Positions 29,270 to 39,727 are shown, counted from the stretch's first letter. The stretch: DNA of 64,000 nucleotides from Candidatus Dormibacteria bacterium (GCA_051002895.1 JBPCLW010000042.1:54293-118292), one strand, 5' to 3'. Made by a program: numbers and translations. Notes: generated by a model not told the origin, from the letters alone.

Positions 29270-30135
29270 TAGGACTTCTCCTCCTCGGTTCCACCGGTAG
29301 CGGCGCCGGCAAAATCCGCCTCCTCGACCTTGGCGGTGCCCTCGGATTTTTCCGCTGCCGCTGCCGCGGCGGCGGCTTCGTCGGCAGCGCGGGCAGCGGC
29401 CTCGGCCTCAGTGCGCTCCCGCTTCTCCTTCTCCTCCATCTCTCGCTCGGAGAGGGCGCGCTGGCCTTCGAGAATCGCCTCCGCGAGGGCGCTCACCACC
29501 AGCTTGCAACTCCGAATGGCGTCATCGTTGCCAGGAATGACGTGCTGCACCTTGTCGGGGTCACAGTTGGTATCCACGATGGCGACAATCGGGATGTTCA
29601 GTTTGTTCGCCTCGGTGACCGAGAGACGCTCCTTCTTGCAGTCGATGATGAAGACGGCACCGGGCAGGCGCTTCATGTCCACCATGCCGGCGAAGTTGCG
29701 CTCGAGACGATCGAGATCGTCGCGAGAGGTATTCGCCTCCTTCCCACTCATGCGCTCGAAGTCCCCCCGGGCATGCATGGTGCGGAGCTCAACGAGCCGC
29801 TTCAGCTGCCGCTGAATGATCCCGAAATTGGTGAGCATGCCGCCCATCCAGCGGTGGACGACGTAGGGTTGACCGGTCTGGGCACAGGCGTCGCGGATAG
29901 CGTCATGAGCCTGCTTCTTGGTTCCCACAAAGAGGACCTTGTCGCCGCCAGCGACGGTATCGCGCACGAACGTGCAGGCCACATCCAGAAGCTTCTGGGT
30001 CTGTTCCAGGTCAATGATGTGCAGACCATTGCGCGACGTGAAGATGTAGTCGCGCATCTTGGGATTCCACCGGCTGGTCTGGTGGCCGAAGTGGACTCCG
30101 GCCTCGAGCAACTGGCGGAGGGTTGCTGCCGGCAT
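29269..30135 (-). CDS. rpsB: 30S ribosomal protein S2 (with Ala/Glu-rich C-terminal tail)
   Basis: [19 protein letters not shown].... GGAGG lies 5 nt upstream of ATG 30135. The C-terminal ~60 aa is low-complexity ([29 protein letters not shown]...). Confidence 0.93.
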   Translation of the reverse strand: MPAATLRQLLEAGVHFGHQTSRWNPKMRDYIFTSRNGLHIIDLEQTQKLLDVACTFVRDTVAGGDKVLFVGTKKQAHDAIRDACAQTGQPYVVHRWMGGMLTNFGIIQRQLKRLVELRTMHARGDFERMSGKEANTSRDDLDRLERNFAGMVDMKRLPGAVFIIDCKKERLSVTEANKLNIPIVAIVDTNCDPDKVQHVIPGNDDAIRSCKLVVSALAEAILEGQRALSEREMEEKEKRERTEAEAAARAADEAAAAAAAAEKSEGTAKVEEADFAGAATGGTEEEKS

Positions 30136-30263
30136 GGCGGCGCCTCCAGGATGGGTTGGTGCGTCCGCTCGGGTCGTGACCGCACCCAAAGGGACCCGCG
30201 GACACGCGTTGACCGAGCGTGTGAGATGGCCGCATCGTAGCAGAGCGCTTTGCGGGCAGGAGA

Positions 30264-31676
30264 CTACAGAACGTAGCGGCGGAGATCCTCGCTGCGCAGC
30301 AGCCCCTCGAGACGGGTCTGCACCATCTTGGCGTCGACCACGATCTCCCTTCCCACGTGGTCCTCAGCAGCAAAGGACACCTCCTCGAGGACCTTCTCGA
30401 GGATGGTGAAGAGTCGTCGGGCGCCGATGTTCTCGTCCTGCTCGTTCACCTGAAACGCCTGCTGAGCGATCTCGGCGACGCCGTCATCGGGGAAGAGCAG
30501 GACGACGTTCTCAGTGCCCAAGAGCGCCGCGTACTGCTTGGTGAGGGAATTGCTGGGCTCGCGGAGAATCCGGCGTAGGTCGGACTCGGTCAGCGAGCTG
30601 AGTTCCACGCGGATGGGGAAGCGGCCCTGAAACTCGGGGATGAGGTCGCTCGGCCGGGCCACCGTGAACGCCCCCGCAGCAATGAAGAGGATGTGCTCGG
30701 TGTGCACCGCCCCGTAGCGAGTGTGCACGGTGGATCCCTCCAGAAGTGGCAGGAGATCGCGCTGCACACCCTCGCCACTGATGTCGGGCCCGTGATCCGA
30801 CGCCGGTCCACAGATCTTGTCGACTTCGTCGATGAAGACAATCGCTGCCTCCTCGACATCGTGGATGGCATCGTCGTAGACGCGATCCATGTCGATGAGC
30901 CGGTCGGATTCCTCTTGGGTGAGGGCGACACGGGCGTCAGCGACGGTCATGCGCTTGGCCCGCTTGCGGGGCGGAGCCATCTGCGAGAAGAAGTCGGAGA
31001 GAGAGGAGCCCATCTCCTCCATGCCGCTCCCGGTCATCCCCTCGAAGGGCGGCTGGAAAGGTTCCTCGACCTCGATGTCGATGAGGCGCTCCTCCAGCTG
31101 CTGGGCGGCGAGCTGTCGACCGAGCCGGCGGCGGAGGCGCGCGCGGCGCTCCTCGTCCTTTTTGGCAGGTTCAGCAGGATCCGGTGTGGCAACGATCGGA
31201 GATGCTGCCGGGCGCTTGGACATCTCCCCATCGACGAGGCTACTGAGCACGCGTTCACCAGCGGCAGCCTTGGCCTGATCCTCGACCTCGGCGATGCGAC
31301 CATCCTGGACCTCGGTGATGGTTGTCTCCAGGAGGTCGCGGACGATCGCCTCGACATCCCGGCCGACGTACCCGACCTCGGTGAACTTCGTGGCCTCGAC
31401 CTTGATGAAGGGGGAGGCGGTGAGACGCGCCAGTCGGCGGGCAATCTCAGTCTTGCCCACGCCGGTGGGCCCGATCATGAGGATGTTCTTGGGCAGCACC
31501 TCGCCGCGCATGTCGTCGGGGAGACGGCGGCGCCGGACTCGGTTGCGTAATGCCACGGCGACGGCGCGCTTGGCCGCGTCCTGGCCGATGATGTACTCGT
31601 CGAGCCGCGCCACGATCTCCCGGGGCCGGAGATCGTCCGCCACCGGCGACGAAGGCTGGCCCAGGGCATCGGTCAT
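30264..31676 (-). CDS. hslU: ATP-dependent protease ATPase subunit HslU
   Basis: [29 protein letters not shown]..., [25 protein letters not shown]. Confidence 0.95.
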   Translation of the reverse strand: MTDALGQPSSPVADDLRPREIVARLDEYIIGQDAAKRAVAVALRNRVRRRRLPDDMRGEVLPKNILMIGPTGVGKTEIARRLARLTASPFIKVEATKFTEVGYVGRDVEAIVRDLLETTITEVQDGRIAEVEDQAKAAAGERVLSSLVDGEMSKRPAASPIVATPDPAEPAKKDEERRARLRRRLGRQLAAQQLEERLIDIEVEEPFQPPFEGMTGSGMEEMGSSLSDFFSQMAPPRKRAKRMTVADARVALTQEESDRLIDMDRVYDDAIHDVEEAAIVFIDEVDKICGPASDHGPDISGEGVQRDLLPLLEGSTVHTRYGAVHTEHILFIAAGAFTVARPSDLIPEFQGRFPIRVELSSLTESDLRRILREPSNSLTKQYAALLGTENVVLLFPDDGVAEIAQQAFQVNEQDENIGARRLFTILEKVLEEVSFAAEDHVGREIVVDAKMVQTRLEGLLRSEDLRRYVL

Positions 31677-32248
31677 GTCGGCGCCTCGATCACCGGAGTT
31701 GGTTCCGGCACCTGCGGTGCCCCGCTCAGCGTCTCGACCGTGATCTGCGCGTTGGTGTAGATGCAGAGCGACGCTGCGATCGCCAAGGAGCGGCGGACGA
31801 CCTCGGCGCTGGCAAGGTCGGTGTTCTCCACCAGTGCCTTGGCGGCGGCGTGGGCATATGGACCGCCGCTACCGATGGCCGCAATGTCGTCGTCGGGCTC
31901 GATGATCTCGCCGTCGCCAGAGAGCAGCAGCAGACTCTCTGCGTCGGCGACGATGAGCATTGCTTCGAGGTGCCGGAGGTACTTGTCGGCTCGCCACTCT
32001 TTGGCCAGTGCCACGGCCGCGCGCAGGAGGTTGCCGGCATGCCGATCGAGCTGCTGTTCGAACTTGTCGAAGAGGGTGAGCGCGTCGGCAACGGCGCCGG
32101 CAAACCCCGCGACGACGGTGTTGCGATGGAGTCGGCGCACTTTGGCAGCCCGGTGCTTCATGACCACGTCGCCAACGGTGACCTGACCATCGCCGCCGAT
32201 CGCCACCTCACCGCCCCGACGCACCGCGACGATGGTGGTGGCGTGCAT
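31673..32248 (-). CDS. hslV: ATP-dependent protease subunit HslV
   Basis: [13 protein letters not shown]... (Thr active site next to the start), GDGQVT. ATG at 32248 verified; the upstream ORF extension was rejected. Confidence 0.9.
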   Translation of the reverse strand: MHATTIVAVRRGGEVAIGGDGQVTVGDVVMKHRAAKVRRLHRNTVVAGFAGAVADALTLFDKFEQQLDRHAGNLLRAAVALAKEWRADKYLRHLEAMLIVADAESLLLLSGDGEIIEPDDDIAAIGSGGPYAHAAAKALVENTDLASAEVVRRSLAIAASLCIYTNAQITVETLSGAPQVPEPTPVIEAPT

Positions 32249-32256
32249 GCGCGGTG

Positions 32257-34665
32257 TCACGTGGTGGTGGCGCCCACCTTGACGCCCTTTGGAGGTCGGT
32301 ACTTGCAGCCCGGGTAGCCCGAGCAACTGACGAAGGGACCGAAACGACCCTGACGCGTCACCAGCGGCTTGCCGCAGTCCGGACAGGCGTCGCCGGTTGG
32401 TTGCGCGGGCGGCCCGGCGACAGCCTGTGTCGTCCCCGGCCGGATGTACTTGCAGCCGGGATAACCGGTGCAGCCCACGAAGCTCCCACGCCGTGATGAC
32501 TTCCGGGCCATCGGCTTGCCGCAGTCAGGGCAGGCGCCGAGTTCCTCGTTGGCCGGTGGCGGACCGTCGGCAGGTTGCGCCCCCTCCTGCGGCTTGATGT
32601 ATCGGCAGGTCGGGTAGCCGCTACAGCCAACGAACGGCCCGCGACGCGACTGCCGCTCGACCAAGGGCTTGCCGCACTGAGGACAGTCCTCCCCCGTCGT
32701 CGCGGACACCTTCTTGTCCTTGATGTATGAGCAGTCGGGATAGCGCGAGCAGCCCGTGAACTCGCCGAAGCGGCCCTCGCGGACCACGAGCTCCCCGATC
32801 TCGCACTCCGGGCACATCTCCCCCGTCGGCGTCACCGGAACTTTGACCCGCTGCATGTCCGTCTCGGCCTTCTCAACGGTGGCGTTGAAGGGGTCATACC
32901 ACTCCCGCACAGTCGGCTCGTAGGCCCGCTCCCCCACCTCGACGGCATCGAGTTTCTTCTCCAGCCCAGCGGTAAAATCGACATCAACGATGTCGGGAAA
33001 GTGCTCGCGGAGCAGACTATCCACGGTTGTGCCCAGAGCGCTGGGATGGAGACGACGCTCCTCCTGGCGCACATAGTTGCGCTCCTGGATGACCTCGATG
33101 GTCGGCGCGTATGTCGAGGGTCGGCCAATGCCACGCTCCTCGAGTTCCTTGATCAGCGAAGCCTCGGTGTAGCGAGGCGGTGGCTGGGTAAAGCGCTGCT
33201 CAGCAACCGCCTGCCCGCACGGCAGGGAGTCTCCGACGTTGAGGGCGGGGAGGCGTTCCTCCTTCTCCTTGTCGTCGTCACCGCGCTTCCACACCTTCTG
33301 AAAACCGTCGAACTTCAGCACCGATCCAGTGGCTCGGAAAGCGTGGTCACCGGCCACGATGGTGGCGCGGGTGTTGAGGAAGCGCGCTGCCGCCATCTGG
33401 CTGGCGACAAATCGCCGCCAGATGAGTTCGTAGAGCCGGAGCAGCGAGGGGTCGACGTGATCGGCGATCTGCGCCGGGGTACGGCGGACATCGGTGGGAC
33501 GGATCGCCTCGTGGGCGTCCTGGATGTTGTGAGTGGCCGGCCCCTTCTTCGCCTTCGGCTGGCCCTTGCGGACGTAGCCCTCGCCGTACGTCTGGGCGAT
33601 GTGCTGCGCTGCGGCATCGCGGGCCACGTCGCTGATCCGCGTCGAATCCGTTCGCATGTAGGTGATGAGACCGACCGGTCCAGAGCTGCCGAGGTCCGCT
33701 CCCTCATAGAGTTGCTGGGCGATGCTCATGGTGCGGCGAGGCGAGATGCGCAGCCGGGTGCTGGCATCCTGCTGCAGGGTGCTCGTCGTATACGGGGGTA
33801 GCGCGTTGCGAGAGATCTCGTTGCTCTCCACCCCCTCGACGACGAACGGCGGCTGCTGAGTGTCGCGCGTCGCATCAACGATCAGCGTCGGCTGCCTGTT
33901 GCTGCGACGCACCTCACCGTCCGGGCCAAGAGCCTCCTTGGTCCGCGGCTCTAGCGCGGTGAAGTTGAGGGCGGCGAGGATCTCCAATGCCTGCGCCTGG
34001 GTGCCGAGTTCCGCCCTCTCAGGCTCGGCGGTGGCGCGACGGCCGAGATATCGTGCCCGGAAGTCGCTCTCCTGCTTGCGCAGCAGGGCGTCCAGGGACC
34101 ACGTCTCCTTGGCGATGAACGCCGCAATCTCACTTTCCCGATCGACGACGAGGCGCACCGCCACCGACTGCACTCGCCCCGCGGAGAGGCCCTTGCGAAC
34201 CTTGCGCCAGAGCAACGGACTGAGGCGGTAACCGACGAGACGATCGATCACCCGGCGCGCCTCCTGAGCGTGGACGAGGTCGCGGTCGATCTTCCGGGGA
34301 TCCTTGAGAGCTGCACCGACCGCCGCACTGGTGATCTCGTGAAACACCACACGGTCAGGATTCTTCAGATTCAGGGCCTCGGCAAGGTGCCAGGCAATCG
34401 CCTCTCCCTCGCGGTCGGGGTCGGCGGCGAGCAGGGTGACGTCAGCCTTCTTCACTGCGTCACGGAGTTCCTTGATCTGCTTCTCCTTCCCCTTGATCAC
34501 GATGTAATCGGGGGTGAAGCCGTTGTCGACGTCGACGCCGATTTTCGACTTGGGGAGGTCGCGGACGTGCCCCATCGAGGCTTTGACGGTATAGCCGGCG
34601 CCAAGGAACTTGGCGAGGGTGCGCGCCTTGCTCGGCGACTCGACGATGATCAGGCTCTTGGGCAT
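32257..34665 (-). CDS. topA: DNA topoisomerase I with four C-terminal zinc-ribbon repeats
   Basis: [17 protein letters not shown]... Toprim domain, catalytic region YMRTDSTR, then 4 copies of CP.C(G/E)...GRFG.F.GCS.YP.C.Y. Confidence 0.96.
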   Translation of the reverse strand: MPKSLIIVESPSKARTLAKFLGAGYTVKASMGHVRDLPKSKIGVDVDNGFTPDYIVIKGKEKQIKELRDAVKKADVTLLAADPDREGEAIAWHLAEALNLKNPDRVVFHEITSAAVGAALKDPRKIDRDLVHAQEARRVIDRLVGYRLSPLLWRKVRKGLSAGRVQSVAVRLVVDRESEIAAFIAKETWSLDALLRKQESDFRARYLGRRATAEPERAELGTQAQALEILAALNFTALEPRTKEALGPDGEVRRSNRQPTLIVDATRDTQQPPFVVEGVESNEISRNALPPYTTSTLQQDASTRLRISPRRTMSIAQQLYEGADLGSSGPVGLITYMRTDSTRISDVARDAAAQHIAQTYGEGYVRKGQPKAKKGPATHNIQDAHEAIRPTDVRRTPAQIADHVDPSLLRLYELIWRRFVASQMAAARFLNTRATIVAGDHAFRATGSVLKFDGFQKVWKRGDDDKEKEERLPALNVGDSLPCGQAVAEQRFTQPPPRYTEASLIKELEERGIGRPSTYAPTIEVIQERNYVRQEERRLHPSALGTTVDSLLREHFPDIVDVDFTAGLEKKLDAVEVGERAYEPTVREWYDPFNATVEKAETDMQRVKVPVTPTGEMCPECEIGELVVREGRFGEFTGCSRYPDCSYIKDKKVSATTGEDCPQCGKPLVERQSRRGPFVGCSGYPTCRYIKPQEGAQPADGPPPANEELGACPDCGKPMARKSSRRGSFVGCTGYPGCKYIRPGTTQAVAGPPAQPTGDACPDCGKPLVTRQGRFGPFVSCSGYPGCKYRPPKGVKVGATTT

Positions 34666-34790
34666 GGGATTCTCGGTGCCGGGGCTGAATGGTGCGATCG
34701 GGTCGATCGGTGGCAGAGCCGGCCGATCATAACAGCGGGTTCTCGGAGGGCCTCGGGGCTCATCTCCCTCTCACTCTAGACCCGACATGA

Positions 34791-35666
34791 TCACCCGGTG
34801 GCCCGGAGCACCAAACCTCCCGGCAAGCTCCGCACTGCCCCGGCCAGTTCCAGAGCAGAGAGCCGGGCTGCAGTCTCGGCAGCATCGAGGCCGAGGAGAG
34901 CAGCCACCGTATCGGGGTGGATCGGATCCGCGCCAAGGCGGTCGAGGAGGGTGCGCAGTGGTGCCGAGAGTGCGGTGCGACCACCTTGGGCACGCGTTGC
35001 CGGGACAACGGTGAGACCGAGTTCAGGGATCGACTCGACGAGGTCTTCAACTCCGAGGTAGGGCCGGACACCATCGCGGATGAGGAGATTGCAGCCGTGG
35101 TGCTGCTCGGCGCGGATCGAGCCGGGGACGGCGAGCACCTCACGACCAAGATCGGCCGCCCAGCGAGCGGTGCTCAGAGCCCCGCTGCGTTCCGTGGCCT
35201 CGACGACAACGACGACCCTGGCCAGAGCTGCGATCAGGCGGTTCCGCCGGGGAAAGAGGAACCCCTCGGGAGTTCGCTGCGACGGATACTCGGTGACCAG
35301 CAGGCCACCGGCGCGGACGCGCTCGCGAAGCCCGCCATGCTCTCGCGGATAGTCGATGTCAAGGCCGCAGCCGAGCACGGCAACCGTGCCTCCCCCGGCG
35401 TCGAGTGCTCCCCCATGAGCCGCCGCATCAATGCCGCGCGCAAAGCCACTGATGACAGTGACGCCGAGCCCGATAAGTTCGGTAGCGATGCTGCGGGCGA
35501 TCTCCAAACCTCCCAGCGTTGCCCGTCGCGCGCCGACGACGGCAACGCCCAGGTCGCCGAGCCGCCCCGAGCCGTCCAGCCAGAGTCCCGCAGGAGGCTG
35601 CGTCAGGTGTTCCAGTTCGGGCGGCCATCCCTCGCCGTGGCGCGGTAACCAGCGACGGCCGGTCAC
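34791..35666 (-). CDS. dprA: DNA processing protein DprA (Rossmann-fold core, short form)
   Basis: VAVVGARRAT..., ISGFARGIDAAAHGGAL, AVLGCGLD..YP, VVVVEA..RSGALSTARWA. GTG start overlaps the stop of the comM 3' fragment. Confidence 0.85.
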   Translation of the reverse strand: MTGRRWLPRHGEGWPPELEHLTQPPAGLWLDGSGRLGDLGVAVVGARRATLGGLEIARSIATELIGLGVTVISGFARGIDAAAHGGALDAGGGTVAVLGCGLDIDYPREHGGLRERVRAGGLLVTEYPSQRTPEGFLFPRRNRLIAALARVVVVVEATERSGALSTARWAADLGREVLAVPGSIRAEQHHGCNLLIRDGVRPYLGVEDLVESIPELGLTVVPATRAQGGRTALSAPLRTLLDRLGADPIHPDTVAALLGLDAAETAARLSALELAGAVRSLPGGLVLRATG

Positions 35667-36307
35667 GTCGCCACCGCCGTCTCACCGCGGTGGCGCAGGG
35701 CTTCGGCGAGGTGGGTGTCGGCAACCGCATCGCACGCATGCAGGTCAGCGATGGTGCGCGCGACTCGAAGGACGCGAACGTACCCCCGGGCGGACAGACC
35801 CAGACGCTCGCCCGCCCGGCCCAGCATCCGGCGCGCGGCCGGCTGCAGAGCACAGGCGACGACGAGACGGTCGCCGGTGAGCAGCCGGTTGAGCCCGCCG
35901 CGCTCAGCCTGCCGTTGCCGAGCGCCGCTGACCCGAGCACGGATCGCCTCCGACGATTCCGGTGCGCGGGCTGCCAGGAGAGCATCCGCGGGGACTCGGG
36001 GAACCGCGACGTTGAGATCCATGCGATCGCGAAGCGGACCGGAGAGCCGACGGTGGTACGCATTGAGCTGACGGGCATCGCAGCGGCAGAGACGCGTGGG
36101 ATCCCCGAGATGACCGCAGGGACACGGATTGGCTGCGGCCACGAGGGTGAGTTCAGCGGGCATCGCCACCGACCCGCGCGCCCGGGCGATGACGATGCGG
36201 TGTTCCTCGAGCGGTTGGCGCAACGCCTCGAGGTGGGCGCGGGGAAATTCGCAGATCTCGTCGAGGAAGAGAACGCCGCCGTGCGAGGGCGTGCAACGTT
36301 GACGCAT
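35663..36307 (-). pseudogene. comM: comM/yifB 3' fragment (C-terminal ~205 aa of Mg-chelatase-like competence ATPase), preceded by 9 element-derived codons
   Basis: MRQRCTPSH|GGVLFLDEICEF...LRQPLEEHRIVIARA...LVAAANPCPCG...RFSGPLRDRMDL-like motifs. The ATG at 36307 lies in the element's terminal repeat. Confidence 0.85.
36284..36307. repeat. Left terminal inverted repeat / att arm of the element
   Basis: The plus strand GTGCAACGTTGACGCAT (36291..36307) matches the reverse complement of 44281..44299 (GTGTTACGCTTTGACGCAT) at 15 positions, with 2 mismatches and a 2-nt indel. Confidence 0.6.
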
Positions 36308-36358
36308 GAGACTATCGGCGGCCGATCCACAGCTCTGAGCGCGTCGTCCCCCGACCCC

Positions 36359-37267
36359 TCAGCAGCCAGGCCGCTGGAGTGGGTCCCCCTCGTGACGTGC
36401 GCCCCCATCGTATTCATTGAAGAATCCTGCGTTCATTCGCACGTCCTCCTCGATTCGCTGCACCACGTCCACCCCGAGGCCATACTCACGGAGCAGGTCG
36501 CAGAGATGTTCGCCATCGATCAACTCCACGGGTGGCGCTCCATCACGACTGGCCTCGTTTTGTGCATCACGAGTGAAGCTGCCCGTGGTGATCAGCAGGC
36601 CCTTCTCTCCGCGCCCCGCCATGGCGCCCCGGAAGTCACGGACCGAGGCGGAGGACACAGAGCCCTTGTAGCGCTTGCACTGGAAGTAGATGGGGAAGCT
36701 GACGAGCGATAACCGGTAGACGCCTACGCCGTCGATGCCTCCGTCGCCACTCTTGCCCGTCACGGTCACGTTGACAAATCCGGCTTCGCGAAGGATGCGT
36801 TGAGCAAGCCTCTCGAACCCGTCGGGCGGAAGTTCGAGCAGCCGACTGATCAGCGTGTCTTTCCAGGTTGCTTCCGCCTGTTCGTCAGCCTCTTCCTCGA
36901 CGGGGACTGCTCGCCGCTCCTTGCGACGCCGAAGGAGATCGGCACGCCATGCCTTGTTTTCGTTCTCCGTCGCCTTCTCGTCGAGGGCCAGGCCGTGATC
37001 GGTAATCGCCCATACCCCCCGGCTGCTGTTGACGAGGGCGCCAATTCCTTTGAGATGAGTCCGCGCCCAGTGGAGCCGATACTCGAGTTCTGACATCCGG
37101 CCGTTCCCATGCGGCACTGCCTGCAACTCCTCGGAGTAGGCCTCGTCTTCGAGGACCTTCTCAGTCATCTCTCTGACCGTGGCGGACCCCCCTAGGGCCT
37201 TGGTCGCCTGGAGGGCGGGCCACATGAAGACGTGATACGGAGGAATGGATAGCTTTGGATCGGGCAT
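36359..37267 (-). CDS. mrr: Mrr-family type IV restriction endonuclease (Mrr_N winged helix + Mrr_cat)
   Basis: N-terminal IPPYHVFMWPALQATKALGG...; catalytic core GKSGDGGIDGVGVYRL....IYFQCKRYKGSV...FRGAM...GLLITTGSFT. Confidence 0.8.
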   Translation of the reverse strand: MPDPKLSIPPYHVFMWPALQATKALGGSATVREMTEKVLEDEAYSEELQAVPHGNGRMSELEYRLHWARTHLKGIGALVNSSRGVWAITDHGLALDEKATENENKAWRADLLRRRKERRAVPVEEEADEQAEATWKDTLISRLLELPPDGFERLAQRILREAGFVNVTVTGKSGDGGIDGVGVYRLSLVSFPIYFQCKRYKGSVSSASVRDFRGAMAGRGEKGLLITTGSFTRDAQNEASRDGAPPVELIDGEHLCDLLREYGLGVDVVQRIEEDVRMNAGFFNEYDGGARHEGDPLQRPGC

Positions 37268-37454
37268 TGCCGCGTAATGCTAGCCCAGGGTTGGATACGG
37301 ATTGCTCAGGCTCAGACGGCCGAGATGCGATGGGGAGCAGCATCGGCTCGACGGCATCTCAGCACGCTAGGGCTCCCCAGGGCGCTTGCCGTCGGAGCCG
37401 CCGCTCCTAGAATCGATTTCCGACTCCGCCTACGTCGCTGGAGACGTGATAGCC

Positions 37455-37484
37455 GCTCAGACGGCAAATAAAGCCCGTCTGAGC
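37455..37484. terminator. Perfect 10-bp stem hairpin between terS and mrr (possible intrinsic terminator or insulator)
   Basis: GCTCAGACGG-caaataaagc-CCGTCTGAGC. No clear U-tract on the coding (minus) strand; CGTTTCC follows on the plus strand. Confidence 0.35.
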
Positions 37485-37548
37485 CGTTTCCGGGCCTCCT
37501 GTGGCGTACATCCAGCCCTGCGGCGATCTGAGATCGAAAGGCAGCGAG

Positions 37549-38006
37549 CTAGCCGCCGGAGAGCAGCCTGTCGAGCTCGTCCAGGGGTTCGTCCTTTCCG
37601 GTGACGATGCGACTGCGCGACGTCGGCGAAAGGCCCAGGGCGTCCGACAGGTGAGCGATCTCCCGTCCCGTGTCCCGGTACACCCGCCACGCCGGACGCG
37701 ATACCTCGCCGCCGCGGGCATTCGTGGTTGTGTACCCGCCGGTCGAGAGGTCCGTCCGGGCCTGCCGGTGATGCCAAACCATCCCCGCGAAGACTTCCAG
37801 GAGGGCTCCATCTGGCCCGCAGGAGACCCCATCCCCTCCAGTTCTGCGGCGACCTCGCAGAAGATGTGTCGCTGACCGGCGGGCATCCCACGCGGCGGTG
37901 TAGGGGTAGCCGTTCGCGGCTTCGGGGCGCGGCGGTTCACCCGCGACGGACGCGTCTCGCCGCGCAAGACTTTGAGTTCGACAGGGGCGGGGCGCCTTCC
38001 TCTCAT
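37549..38006 (-). pseudogene. Phage terminase small subunit (P27-family-like), interrupted by one frameshift
   Basis: The N-terminal frame reads MRGRRPAPVELKVLRGETRPSRVNRRAPKP...MPAGQRHIFCEVAAELEGMG. The family-like C-terminal part (...GPDGALLEVFAG...NARGGEVSRPAWRVYRDTGREIAHLSDALGLSPTSRSRIV) continues in another frame. The switch is near the G-run at 37822..37839. Confidence 0.6.
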
Positions 38007-38275
38007 ACGATCAGCCTAACCCACCCCTCGACGTTTTCGGGATCTCGGTACGGGCTCTTGGCTGCTGAGGCCGTCGGCCCGCACGGATTTTGCGTCCGCG
38101 GCATGCCCCCACCCCGCCCTGACGAAGCGGATCCGGGGTGAAGCTCCGAGGACCGTATGCACGCGGTTACGCGTCCGTCGTGAACATCTTTCGCGAGAGC
38201 ACAACGACACAGGCAAGAAGGAAAGACGCGGCTCCCGAAGCATCACCAACGGAAGCCGCACCTACTTGCTTACCT

Positions 38276-39157
38276 TTAGGCCGCTGGCCCGAGTCCAGTG
38301 ATGACGACGACGCCTGGGCTGTTGATGACCTGAACGTCGAAACGACTGACAACGCGCAGACCGATCGCGTCGAACTCCGCATAGCGTTCGGCGAGAACTA
38401 ACGCCTGCCCTTCCAAATCGACGCCCAGGTGAACCTGTGACGAATCGATGAGGGCAGCAGTTCCGAGCGGCATGTTCGGCGTCGGCACGACAGGACGGCT
38501 CAACAGCATGTCGGTGCTTTGCTGCGAAGGATTGGGAACTAGCAGCGAACGGCCGAGCGAGTCCTTCTGCTTCATCAGAACGCCGAGTGTCCGCGTGTTG
38601 ACCAACCACACGTCGGGGTCTGCGGCTGCGTCCAGCGAAGTCGTGAGGGCGTCGGTGAACACGTTGAGACCGGAACCGCTTGGATATACGGTCGTGTTGC
38701 TCGCGTCGATCGTTGTTCCGGCGAGCGGGAGAAGTCCAGTGATCCCCGCACCGGAGTTGCCTGCGAGCAACGCGGTGTCAACCACCTTCGTGAGTCGCTT
38801 GGTGATGATCTCGGTCGCGGCACTCAGCGGATCGGCTGCCGCGCTGCGGATAGTCTCGTTGGAGATCAGGACGATGATCTTCAGGCCCTTCAGTCCCCGC
38901 GGGAAAAGCACAACCTCGTTTGTGGTCGCAGCCACCGGGATGATCTCGTCGCCTGCCGCATGGAAGGCCGTGGTCGGGTTCACGGGAACGTCCAACGTGG
39001 GTAAGTGGAGTGGCCCGCTGATTGAGTGCGAGTGGATCGACTCCAGCGACAGAACGGCGGAGTCCCCCACAAGCGGCGAGTAGATGATCGCGTCCCATTC
39101 CTCGGCTGTGAGTTGATAGCCGAATCCGCTCGTCTGCGGTACCAAAGAGCCTGGCAT
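38276..39157 (-). CDS. HK97-fold phage major capsid protein (no delta domain)
   Basis: 293 aa; ...KRLTKVVDTALLAGNSGAGITGLLP...VWLVNTRTLGVLMKQKD.LGRSLL...RPVVPTPNMP.GTAALID... is typical of the Phage_capsid family. GAGG RBS lies 8 nt upstream of the ATG. Confidence 0.8.
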   Translation of the reverse strand: MPGSLVPQTSGFGYQLTAEEWDAIIYSPLVGDSAVLSLESIHSHSISGPLHLPTLDVPVNPTTAFHAAGDEIIPVAATTNEVVLFPRGLKGLKIIVLISNETIRSAAADPLSAATEIITKRLTKVVDTALLAGNSGAGITGLLPLAGTTIDASNTTVYPSGSGLNVFTDALTTSLDAAADPDVWLVNTRTLGVLMKQKDSLGRSLLVPNPSQQSTDMLLSRPVVPTPNMPLGTAALIDSSQVHLGVDLEGQALVLAERYAEFDAIGLRVVSRFDVQVINSPGVVVITGLGPAA

Positions 39158-39255
39158 GACAGTTACCTCGTGTCGTTAGACGTTGAGGGTCTGCCATCCC
39201 GGCTCACCCGATTGCGACGGCCATCCCGGCTTGTGTCGCGATCTCAGTGACAAGC

Positions 39256-39723
39256 CTACTCCCCCCGGCTCGGTTGTGCTAGGCCCCTGCGAGCGAGCGC
39301 ATCACCGAACGAGATACCTGGCCCGCCCGTCGGCACCACCTGCTGCCCTCCACCCGGCAACGGCCTCGGCATTTGAGGACGCTTCGTTCCGGGGCGCTTG
39401 CCGACGATCGCCTGAACCGCTGCAGTGACCTTGTCGGGGTCGACGTCGCCCGCCTCCGTGAGCATCGAAGCGACTTCCACGCCATCGAGCCAAACGTCGC
39501 CGGACTCCGACAGTGCGGCCGACGCAAGTCTCTCGATCTCGCGCCTGTGAAGCGCCTCGACGCGAGCCTCAGCAGCCGCTAGCCTCTGCTCACGCTCCGA
39601 CAGCTTCGCAACGATGTCTGAGTACCTTTTGCCCTCTCTCGGCTCCGGTGGGTCGCTGGTAGGCGGAGCGGGAACGTCTGCGGGCGGCGGAGTTGGTTGC
39701 GGCTCTGGTGTTGGGGTAGGCAT
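39256..39723 (-). CDS. Scaffolding-like protein (Pro-rich N-terminus, coiled coil)
   Basis: 155 aa directly upstream of the capsid gene. It has a coiled-coil segment (SEREQRLAAAEARVEALHRREIERLA) then ...DVWLDGVEVASMLTEAGDVDPDKVTAAVQAIV, resembling actinophage scaffold proteins. GGGAG RBS. Confidence 0.5.
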   Translation of the reverse strand: MPTPTPEPQPTPPPADVPAPPTSDPPEPREGKRYSDIVAKLSEREQRLAAAEARVEALHRREIERLASAALSESGDVWLDGVEVASMLTEAGDVDPDKVTAAVQAIVGKRPGTKRPQMPRPLPGGGQQVVPTGGPGISFGDALARRGLAQPSRGE

Positions 39724-39727
39724 CGAG

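Noticed and set aside
37407-38006. Intact 199-aa protein in the terS region
   Set aside because: Only the first ~60 aa look terS-like. The rest of this frame is Arg/Gly/Pro-rich, while the conserved terS C-terminus is in a neighbouring frame, so it is called frameshifted.
38007-38275. 81-aa ORF (38016..38261) between the capsid gene and terS as a head-completion gene
   Set aside because: It is Arg/Ser-rich, has no RBS and is not recognisable. It may be non-coding or a decayed gene; left unannotated.
38276-39157. HK97-fold protein as an encapsulin shell rather than a phage capsid
   Set aside because: The sequence pattern matches the Phage_capsid family rather than the Linocin_M18/encapsulin pattern. 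It is flanked by scaffold-like and terS genes inside an integrase-bounded element, and there is no cargo enzyme gene.
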